Origin: Trypanosoma brucei
Taxonomy: Eukaryota
Length of the DNA stretch: 64,000 nt
Reading direction: 5' to 3'
Assembly (NCBI GenBank): GCA_000002445.1
Contig: CP000068.1
Location: 1,280,001 to 1,344,000, forward strand
The translations under genes were made by a program, and so were the position numbers. The first letter of the stretch is position 1, and every line of letters starts with the position of its first letter. The notes beneath the pieces were generated by a model. It was given only the letters and a program-made list of their open reading frames with translations, was not told the DNA's origin and ran no database searches. Of the stretch, positions 50,880 through 61,255 are shown piece after piece.

Positions 50880-51644
50880 TCATTGTGGTTTTTTTTCTAT
50901 AGCACAACCTTTTCCCCTCGAATTCATGTAAAAATTTAAAAACAAAACCAGAAGTGAGGCATTGTACAATAATTGCAGCAGGTTCCACCCTAAAGTAAAC
51001 TGAGTGTCAAGTAACGTGACCAAAATAGCATGAAGAATACAAAGAGAAAACTGCAACATTTGAATCTTGGTTAGCAGAAATTTAAACGGATTCCTATACC
51101 CCAAAGATGTCCAGAGGTAGTGTGAATACATCAAAAAATGAACGGAAGAATTTATCCAAGTCCCAAAAAACGCCGTCCCGTTTGCAAGTCCGTTTCTCAA
51201 CAAAATTCCCCAAATAAGACCAATCGTACAGTGATGATATACGTGCAAGAACGACAGTTGATCCTCTTTTTTCTTGCAAAGTATGAAAACGGTATCCAGC
51301 ATATCAATGTACTTGCTGCAGTAGTGAACGAACATCCAAAACTCTATATCCGGGCAAAATTTACCACTCAGGTTAAAGACGCCATTTTTCAAAGGCGGTG
51401 ACAGGTTAATCGCCATTGCGGCCGATAGGCATATCTGGAGCACGTTGTAAACGACCAACACCCTACTCATGTTTAAGGCGCGCCTGCCCCGCATAATACT
51501 TCTCATGACAAACACGACAAACAAATAAAGTAAATGTCCCAATACTAACGCGTGCCATGAAACCAAAGGATTAAGATATGGGAAAAAACAGAGAGAACCC
51601 ACTCCCTGACATGCCGAAGCATCTCTGCAGTCCATCATGATCAC
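50880..51644 (-). CDS. fatty acid elongase (ELO family); first gene of the minus-strand polycistronic unit
   Basis: ELO signature LHVYHH (HxxHH), KxxxxxDT box (SKYIDMLDTVF), and multiple predicted transmembrane segments. From memory, an ELO paralogue (ELO4) lies in this chromosome-5 neighbourhood in T. brucei; this is not verifiable here. Confidence 0.8.
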   Translation of the reverse strand: MIMMDCRDASACQGVGSLCFFPYLNPLVSWHALVLGHLLYLFVVFVMRSIMRGRRALNMSRVLVVYNVLQICLSAAMAINLSPPLKNGVFNLSGKFCPDIEFWMFVHYCSKYIDMLDTVFILCKKKEDQLSFLHVYHHCTIGLIWGILLRNGLANGTAFFGTWINSSVHFLMYSHYLWTSLGYRNPFKFLLTKIQMLQFSLCILHAILVTLLDTQFTLGWNLLQLLYNASLLVLFLNFYMNSRGKGCAIEKKPQ

Positions 51645-52680
51645 TCTTGCTTTTAATTACTATATGGAAAGATGAAGAAACACAATCAAGAAGTTTTATT
51701 CGAACGTTGCCACACGAAAAAAAAACAGGGTAATACATAAAGTAACTTGAACGATACAGCTACAGGCAATCATTAAGAAACTGAGGGAAGTCATTGTCAC
51801 AGCAATACTGTGGGACTTCCGTTCACTCGGAGCTCCAACCTAATGACGGAGACTCCAAGCTGAATCCGACTTCGATAAAATCATTACGACGGCTGCCCCT
51901 GCTACACAAAACAACTGCAAAATAAACTTTCACCATGCGTTGGATAGACACACCTGCATCCATCGATGTCCCCGACGGAAAGAGTCTAAATATCAGCATC
52001 ATGTATATTACCGCGAAAAAAGAAAAATGAGATCACCCCGGCCACATGAACAGAAGTAACCACAGATAACATATGCATCCCTCCGCCTCCTTGAAAACAG
52101 ACAAATCGTGAAACATACAGAAATTACACCAGGAAGCAGATGAACAGAACCACCAATAACGGTCCAGCTATTGTCAGAGTTGCACCACTTTGGTATGTAG
52201 GCATCATGGACCCTAACCCACTGAACGAATGCTACAATGAGTTTGTTATCACCTGCCGTCGACGACCCACTGAGGTTGCAGAATGTTTTAAGTGTCCACC
52301 TAAAGAAATGTTGAAGATTCAAACAAACACAGTGCTCTGATTCATATATTTGAACACGAAAAAAGATAGCGATATAATTAGAACGCCAACAATAGTCCAC
52401 TGTTACCACAATGAATTAGAAGACAACATAGTTTACACACGAGACAAATGCTTACAAACAAGCATATTTAATTAAAGGGCGTTGAGAAATGGGGAGCAGC
52501 AACAAACAATCACATACGAGCAAGCAACGACACTGTTTTGCTGTTTTTGTTTGGAAAAAATACCAACGTGAAGGTATTTCAAAAATGACAACGAAATGGG
52601 CACCAAACCACACGTATCCGCTACCGAAAGTCAAAAATAAGGTAAGGCGCACAATTTACAAGAAAATAAAATAAATAATT

Positions 52681-52716
52681 CACACACACATATATATATA
52701 TATATGTGTGTGTGTA
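52681..52716. repeat. perfectly palindromic compound microsatellite (CA)5(TA)7(TG)5 in the strand-switch region
   Basis: cacacacacatatatatatatatatgtgtgtgtgt. It is self-complementary over its full length. Confidence 0.9.
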
Positions 52717-54521
52717 TATTGAACTGTGACTCAATTAAAGGGAAATATATACTTTGAAAGACGAAAACACCGACTACTTGTAGCCATTAGCAATAACATA
52801 AATAACAGCGCCCATGACGCTACGCCCTACATCCAAAAGAGCAAGCAAAAAAAACAGTCACAAAAGACTAGTCACATCCAAGAAAGCCGAGTGGTTGTAA
52901 GAAACAACCGAAAATACACAAGCAGGCCTTTGAAGCTCCTCTTTTCAAAAAAAAAAAGGATTAAAGACGACAAGAATCACCAGGGCACACACAAATTGTT
53001 GTGGGGACGCAACCCGCAACCATCCCCCACCGCCACCTTGTGGTAGGAGTTCGCGCCAAAGCCCATCTCACAATATTTGGGAAGTCCAGCAGCTCTCAGG
53101 CGGTCGCTCCTCGACGCAAGACCCACTAACTCCGGTGGAGGCACCGCAGGAAGCCAGAGCGACCACACACACAAACACACAACCCACCACCTTTGGGACG
53201 CATGCCTCACAAGCCGAGGCGGGAGCTACACTAGCATCTCTAGCCTTTGACGCGCCAAACTTCTCCGTCGCACACCCGAGAGCATGTCACCTACACACGA
53301 TAAATAGCGAGGGACCCGCCAAGCAAACCCGCAAGGCCACCACCCAATGAAGAGTTTCAGCGGGCACACGCAGAAGGTCAAAATACCAAGCATGTTGGGA
53401 GGACCCCCGGCCGCGACGGCGTATGCCAACCCCCGCCACTGCGTCCAGACCAATACGCCTCGCGGAATAACGGAACCCAAGCAACTGGGACAAGAGCATA
53501 TATGATGGGGTGCGACTCGCTAGTGCGGGGTCGATTGCGTGGAATGAAAGGACTTCAAGGCGGGACCGAACCTAGACACCACTTCCCCAGATGCCGAACC
53601 TCGAGGATGCACAAGCAATCGTAAACAGGACGGCGACCACTGCTGAAGAACACTTGACTCCAACACTTGGTTATGGACGGATGGAATAACAACAAGTGTA
53701 TGCCCAATACTCCCAATCTTTCGGACAGTGCAGAACGGTGATGAATCACCCAATGGAAATAGAAAAAAAATGGAGAGAAGACTCCGCAAGTCAGCGAAGG
53801 CTATAAGCAGCATGGACGATAGTATAATCCCGACCCCCGGCCACTCCACGAGAACCATTCCTGGGGGAAAAAGCGACGCCGGTCGACGCGAGGCATCAAG
53901 TTCTCAGAATTTAGGATGAGGATAAAGAGGCATTGGGGAAGAAGGAGAAGCAATATCATCGTCATATCGGGGAAAAAACACAATATACGGAACCACCTCA
54001 ACAATCCAAAAGAGACTCATCCGAACATCTAGTGACGGAAGAAGGTTGCTGGGAATAATCGGCCTTAATGCTTGTCATGGGTTTATTGTCAATTCTGTGC
54101 TGCTCGCAAACGGCAAGATGCTGATAGAAGGAGCAGGGGTAGCGACCAACGGCAAATATGCGCCACCAACGACAGACAAAACTCTCAGATGCCCCGGTAA
54201 AGAACGTGCCAGAGGTTGAGAGGACGCGAAACTCAAACCGTTTCACACGCCGGAGCCGATTGTTGCCACAGGAAGATCGAAATTTCCTCCTTCTGCTGAA
54301 GAAAATGGCGTTTGTGGTGTACCAACTAAAGAACATGGAGGTAAACGGGCTAAACCACATGTAAAAACTACTCAACGGGAATCGAAAATACTGGGGAGCG
54401 TTGGGAAAGTGGAAGTGTGAAGCTGTTGAACTGGCGTTAAGGGAAAGCAAGGGGACTGCTGTCATGGCATCGTCAAAAACTAACAGCGCCCACCTGCGCC
54501 AATTACAAAGCAATGCAGTAG

Positions 54522-55378
54522 TTGGTCCAAAGGAGATTTGTGGATTCTGTTGACCGTTGGTTGCGTATACAAAAGGAAAAGGTTTCTGCGCCAACGTTCG
54601 GCAGCAGAATCCATAACTCAGTTGATTGGAGACGCAACTTCGTACGAACCGAATGTACTCAGCACGGTCAAGCTAACTCTACACTCGTGAGTTTGGACCC
54701 ATGGAGAGTGGTGACGCAATTCGAGTGCCTGAGAAGTTATCTCCTAACCTCCAAATTATGTGGTGGGTAAGAAACTTTCCACCAAACAAGATAGCGAGAG
54801 TCAGTACAAACCAACGAGTTTTGGGGAAATCTCACATGACCGTGCCGTGTGGCAAAAAGAACGGTGTCGGGCTCCATTTTATTCAAAATTATGACGAAGG
54901 GGCTGAGGGATCAACCGGACGGAATACTGGACATACAACGTTGTTTCTTTGTGGACTATATGATACTCGTACGCAGGAACCTGAACGGGTGAAACCTGGA
55001 GGTGCGCTACAACAACCGGTAGGCTACACCACCTCGTGGTTTCAAAGCCGTTTAAAGAGAGATCTGTGCAGAAAACTAAATACATTCCGCCTCTACTGGT
55101 GTTACGAAACCTACTAGGTACTATAGTGGTCAGTGAAAAAGATAGACAAGGCGGAGGCGCCGCATCTGCTGTGTCTCACCCTGCAATCTATCGGAAGAAC
55201 ACCAAAACGAACACAAAGGGTATCTGAGGAGTTAGGTGGGGGTGATGAAACCGTGCGCGGTATCCTCACCCTAGTGGAGCCAAGCGAAAAATTATTAGGG
55301 ACACTCAATTTGGGATTGATGCCAGCACTGCGAAAGCGCTTGAGAAAGACATGGTCAGTCTCCACGACCTCCAAATGA
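54522..55378 (+). pseudogene. degenerate ORF remnant inside the strand-switch region (one frameshift near 54701-54770 and two closely spaced in-frame stops at 55115-55126)
   Basis: Track ORFs 54522..54770 (frame 0), 54701..55117 and 55133..55378 (same frame; separated only by TAG at 55115-55117 and TAG at 55124-55126) together form ~860 bp of interrupted coding-like sequence. The surrounding block is GC-rich and lacks the polypyrimidine tracts typical of local intergenic DNA. No protein family recognised. Confidence 0.25.
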
Positions 55379-58300
55379 TGAAAACACTGAAGGGAGGTCG
55401 CAGGGACGAGTGATGTCAAATGCGTCATGAAGGATGGTGAGGTTCTCCAACTTACGTAGGTTCTTTACCAAACATTACTGTAACGAGGATGAGAGAACCC
55501 TCAAATGTTCGTACAAATGTTTGGGGTGAAGAAACGAGGAAAAAGAGAATACACAAAGACGAATCCATACCGGAAACGGGAGAAAATGAGTATAGAACAT
55601 ATGTTGATAGATCCGCGCACCTCATTCATTGTTTCTTTTTTTGATAAACATGCTTGGGGAAACGGTTCTCGGGCCTAGAATGTGGAAAATTGCACCCCGC
55701 TGATGAGCACTGCCATGCTCACCGAACCCACATTATTTCTAACATTTGATGCCTTATTTTTTTTTTTTTGGCTTGACAGATCTCGAAACATCTCTATAAT
55801 TTATCTTCTTATTGAAAGCATCCAACATTAGCCCCCTAAACAGACTGAGGGGTCCTTGCCCCATAGAAACAAGTCCTGAATTTTAAAGGGTGAGTTCCTT
55901 GGATACTGTCCCCCATCAGTTTTGGGAATGCCTCACTTGCCTTTACCCGAATGCACCGCGTAAAAATTAGTGGACGTTGTGCATGATGATGACCGTTCTC
56001 TTTTTACACGCGATTGGGTTTTCAATGTACCCAATCACTATGTATGAAGCGTGCCACAACCATGTTTTGGTATCCGCGAATTTTTAACGCACAGCACTCT
56101 TCCGCTGCCAAGTAAGTCTCCTAAAATAGGCAGAAGACTACCATATCCTGGTGAAGCTTCTTCTCTAAGGCGATCCGCTTCGGCTCGGAGAGACCCCCAG
56201 TGTTCCATTGAGCTCCATGAATGACAGGACGAGGATTCCGTTCTACACCTCCCCTAAGTAGTAGTAGAAGCCTATGTATCCCAATCGAAGCGCGCTCGCA
56301 CGTGCGGAGGAGCAGTCTAATATATTTCTTCCCCCCTAAGTGCCGATACTGCTGCTTGCTCCTTCTCTGATCGCCGTCAGCTTCTTGCCCACCAAAATTA
56401 TCTCTGACAGGGTAGAATGCGGGCTATTGGCTTCCTTCTGGACGGAGCACTAGACGCTGGCACCATGATGAGATGGGCGGTGTAGGCAGGGACGTTACTG
56501 TATCAGTTTCCGCGGCTACCCTTCACCCGTGTGCTTTGCGCGGGCGGTCGCTACACCGGCCCTTTTTATGTTATGCATTGACGGCCGGCCTCGGTAGCGC
56601 TCGTTCACTTGCTGCAGTGGAGCCCCGATGTGTTCCGCCGGCGCTGCCTCCAGCTGTGCTGTTACGGTGAAGTGGAGGGGCGCGTGGTTGGGTCGGCTTG
56701 GAGTTTTCGGGGGGTGCGCGCAGCACTTTCTTGTTCTCCGGCTGTGAGTGACTGGTTGGAGTCGGGGTTTTGCGGTGTAGGTATTTGCATAGTTCATCGG
56801 AGGCCCCGCGTGGCTATGGTGACGCGAACCTCTGGGCCCCCTGTCGGTTAGAGCGGTACCGTCTGGGAGGAGCCGCCCGCATTGTCTCGGTGGGGGCAAG
56901 GGCCCCTTCTTAACCACGTCTAAGGAGACGCAGTGGTTACTCGGCCGTCGCAGGTCGTGTGCCGCTATTGCATTGCTTGTTACTTTGTCCTTTCATGCGG
57001 TGAGAGGTGGATAATGCTACGCCTTACGGTGGGGTGTCGCTGCTTCGGAAGTCTATTCTGTTGATTGTTGTCGACGACTCAGCGAGTGGGCGTTTATTGT
57101 CGAAACATAAAGTGACTCTGCTGTCAGTGCTTCTGCTCGTGTATTTGCCGTTTCAGGTATGGTAACAGATGGAACTGACTGTCATATTCCCGCGTCAGGG
57201 GAACAAGCTGTAACTTCGCGTTCGGGCGCTGTATTCCATGTTTTAGTTGTCGTAACATGTTTGTATATGCTTGTATGTGTTACGTGTTCATCATTCAGGT
57301 TTCGCCTCGAACCATCGGTTGCTGTCTAGGGGTCGCATCTCCGCTTTACTCGACAACTCTCTATTGTTCGGTAGCAAAGAGTGGACTGGGATGGTCTTCG
57401 TGATCGGGCTGTTAATTGCTTAGGCACGCCTCGAAGTTACAGCAGACGAGATAGTGAGATGAGGTGTGTGTGCTGTGTCTTACTGATGTGTGCAAGGGAT
57501 TTGTGCTAAACAAAAAAATATATGTACTAATTCAGGTAATATTACCTACTCGAGCATTGCGATTTGGGTGAGATTGCTGCGGATGAATTTGTTGTCGCAC
57601 TTTACTTGGAGGAGTTTCCGGAAACTGTCTGTTCCAAAGTTGTTTTCTCTGCAGTAAAAGGTGGAGGATCCTTGTACCTACAGGTCCGATGCGGCTGTTC
57701 AGAACGTTTGTAGCCCAATGGGCTTCGTCCAGCAACACAGTGTAGAAACGAATAGCATGTTGTCCCTCCATCTGGTCAACACGAAAGCCATACCCCGCGT
57801 TTCTGCCTCGGTGCTGAGATAGTGCGGTCATGCGTTACGCAATATGAGATATGCCCGTTTTTAAAATTATGAATGTCCTCGATAAGATAATCACTCGATT
57901 GTATCGCTCGTGTGGCCGCTGGCGATGGATGCCAAGATTCCCTACTGGACCTTCAAATAGTAATATAAGAAGCTCACTGGACCGTATTGGGGGCAACGAA
58001 GATATCTTGTATCAGGGAGGATATGGGTTTGTTAACACGCGCGATTTCACAATCCTTCTACCAAACCGAAGCGTCGTGAAGCTGATTTCCCCAAACAACA
58101 GTGGATGATGTTCAACTTAAAGCTCTCTCTGTCTCATTACCGCTATCTGTGTTCAATGAGCGGTGTCATCTGTGCTGTGGCTATGTTACCTGTGTAATCA
58201 TACCACCTGATGGTACGGAGTTCGTACGCACATCCTCATGCTGGATGTACCTGTTGGTATTGGAACGTTTTTGTGACAAATGCAGGGGGGGGCTTGCTAA

Positions 58301-61032
58301 ACCTCTATATGATCTCCCTCTCCATGTTACGGGATATTTTTAGATTAATGGTACATGAAAAGTGAGGTAAGAGCCTTTGGAGTTCACAACAAATCGTTTC
58401 TTTCAAAGTTCCAATACTACTTAATTGCATTCCGTAAAAATAAAAATTCGTTTTTCGTATAAACTATTAGGTTTTAGTGTGTGGGTGTGTATGGGGAGAG
58501 CGAAGCATTTTGTGTAGCGACTTTAAGAAAAACTTCAGGTAAATGGGCATACAGTATGTTGGAAAGAGAATATCGGCCTTCGAAAAGGCTCTTCAATAGT
58601 GTTAGTTCTTTCACTCACCTTTTCCTTTGTTGGTAGAACTGGTGATTCCAAGTTGAATAGTTGTAGACGGATGTTTGAAGTGTATTTACATATTCCCTTT
58701 GGAGTTTCTGTGGGTGTGTGAGGTTTCTGGCATTCTGAAACCACACATTAGGTGGTTAATTACGTTAAAGCAGCATCCGGCCGATGCGATTGTCCACCAC
58801 AGAAATTCTAAGGCGTAATGTGGTGGTGGAGTGTTGGCTGCTAGACGGCGTTTCGGCCTTTGTTTGATGTTTGCAACCTCGTTGGTGTGGGAAAGGGCGT
58901 GTGAGTGACACATATCCCTTGAATTATATATTTTTTGCCGTCCGCATTATCTCCGCTACGCGTTGCATGCACACCCGTGTGGTGTTTATTTTTTTTTATG
59001 TTGTGTTATATAATAATGGTGGTTTCTGACGAGTTTGTTGTTTGTAGTGTGACCCTTAATTTTTCTTAGATCACGATTTTTTGACAACATTCCGAAGAAC
59101 AATTACTCCCTTACCGCACATACTTCATTACTGATTGAATCCACTCCAAGCTATCAAAACGATACGCAAATATGTGTGTGGAATTTGTTTTGTGTGTTGT
59201 GGCTTTCTGCGGTGTCAGGTTCACAGGTTTCTAAAACTTCGTTCGTGGGAGCGTTGCGTCGTCAGAAAGTTCGCATTGATCCAAGTGAAGTGTGGGGTTT
59301 TGTTGATGATATGTAGGTTGTATTTTTGGCTCTAACAAATACTACCTTTCATTTTTGTTAGGTATTTGTTCGGCCAATTAAACGACGATGCTATTGCAGT
59401 CTGTACCTCACACCCACTTCTTTACCCCTAGTTGCATTTAAGAGCCCAGTGCTTGTAGACCAGACAACAGGTCCCATTTTGACGAGAAACAAGTCGTTAG
59501 TGATTTTTTTTTGTGTGGGACTACCCGTGAATTTTGGAAGAGAGGATAGTTAATGCCTCACTGTTAGAGTTGGTTCTGTTGCATTCTGGAGCAGCCCTGT
59601 TTTGTCAATTCTTCCATTTCCTTCCTGCAGTTATCGTTTTTGTCTGTTCAATTATCCGACGCAGCTGTTCGTTCACGGTCCTTCAATATATAAATATATA
59701 TATATGAAGTAACATACTTTTGAGGATGTACTTTGCTGCTTCGAATCATCTGCATGTTAGGCATGCTTTTTCACATGTTCTCTATTTCGTTCGTGGAGGA
59801 ACGAAGCTACCTTTTCCTCTTTAGCAGCACAGTTCAAAGCCAAGTGAGAAAATACGCATTAAAATACAAAACCCATTAGAAAGCAGCTGAAAACGAAAAG
59901 TACACCTTTGTGCCTCTGCTGATGGTCACATTATTCTTCACATTTACTGATAGTTCAATTTTATTATTGTGGTGTGATTGCAGGTGAAGCACCCCTTCAA
60001 GCCATTTTATGAGTGATTACACGGAAAAAAACATTATTAACACCAAATTGAGGGAAAAACCTGTGTGTGCCGTACCCTTCAGTGGCTGTACCATCCACTC
60101 TTGATTTGGTAGTGTAGTGGGTATAAAAAGAGTATTTATGACTAATTTCCACTCAACGTATTTCTTGGGTGGTTAAATTTATTTATTTTTCTTTGGACTG
60201 TATTTGTGGCTTCACGTCAATCTTTATTTTTAGCAGAGGACGCAACGAGAACTTGGTCTGGTTCGGAAGAAGATGTTTTTCTCCTACTTGTGGCTGTGCT
60301 TTTTGAGATATTGAAGTTTTTTCTTTTCAAAGATTGAGATGAGGAAATTTATTGCAAACAATGTTTAACATTCTGAAAGGTTATTTTGTTCATCTTTCCG
60401 GAAAGGGGAAGAGTGATTTTGGCCCTTAATCGACCGTGCTTGTGCTCCCAATGGGCGGATGATAGCAAAAATAAGAGACTTATGTTAAGAAATCATGAGA
60501 GGTGGTTCGAAGAAGAAGTTGAAAGTGACTAACTCATTTAAACGATGGAGCTGCTACACATCCTCTCATATCATGTTTTGTAGATGTCAGAGGGTGCATG
60601 TTACTTGATAGAACGTGAATACACTGAAACCTTTAAGCTTCTGTTTGAGGCATCGGAGAACGGCGTGGTTATAGGATCCTCTGTAATTCGCGGGGTACCA
60701 GTAACAAAAACGTTCGGTTCCATTGCCTCAAGCTTGTTACATACAATACTCGAATACCATTTCAAGGAAGTAAATGCCTCACTTGTCAAAATATACTTCG
60801 TGTTGAACCTTTTCCCTTTCCCCTTGGTGGATGCTTGTTCTTCAAAAGGGATATCGCGGGACGTATGCTTGGTTTTATGTTAGTTTGTGCGGTGTACGGA
60901 AATATCTAATATGGAATATGTCGCCCTCTTTGGCATTGTTCCCATTGTTATTTTGTTTACGCGGTTGCGCATTTTGTCTGATTCCTTGTCAACCTTAGTA
61001 CTGTATTTTCCTTTAGTTCCTGCAGCAACATT

Positions 61033-61052
61033 TGTGTGTGTGTGTGTGTGTG
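61033..61052. repeat. (TG)10 microsatellite ~200 bp upstream of the GRESAG4 start codon
   Basis: tttgtgtgtgtgtgtgtgtgtgtggc read directly. Confidence 0.85.
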
Positions 61053-61255
61053 GCATTGATTCATTATGGTACACTGTGTGTTGGTTGAGCATTCTTCGTT
61101 TTAGTTGGTGTCTGCGTTTTGTTTGGGATTGTTTACTTTGTTCTTTGTAGGACGTTTAGTTTACCTGTTTCACTAGCAGTACCGGCCAAAGTTTCCAAAT
61201 TATGATTTCCATTCATCAGTCGATTCTCTTCGGTCGCGATGTTTCACGGGTCCGC

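Larger units (their letters stand above)
51645..61255. promoter_or_regulatory. divergent strand-switch region, presumptive RNA polymerase II transcription start region between the minus-strand unit (first gene ELO) and the plus-strand unit (first gene GRESAG4)
   Basis: All 27 called genes left of 51645 are on the minus strand. The only gene to the right (GRESAG4) is on the plus strand. The ~9.6 kb between them has no convincing CDS. The minus strand is G+T-rich over ~51645-53400 (plus strand A/C-rich, e.g. gaccacacacacaaacacacaacccaccacc). The plus strand is G+T-rich over ~55800-61250. Confidence 0.6.

Noticed and set aside
52008-52409. 133-aa minus-strand ORF inside the strand-switch region
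   Set aside because: No motifs and Cys/Phe-rich odd composition. It lies upstream of the first gene of the minus unit in AT-rich spacer. Most likely chance.
55900-56460. Possible tRNA, snRNA or SL-RNA genes at the strand switch, which is a common location in trypanosomatids
   Set aside because: I scanned by eye for tRNA B-box (GGTTCGANTCC) and A-box consensus and for remembered U6, 5S and SL RNA sequence. I found no convincing match. It cannot be excluded without a covariance-model search.
57532-57831. 99-aa minus-strand ORF containing LLDEAH, a possible helicase motif II or pseudogene fragment
   Set aside because: Only a 4-residue match. No flanking helicase motifs (no Walker A upstream, no SAT or arginine finger downstream). 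It lies in the GT-rich non-coding zone. Chance occurrence is likely.
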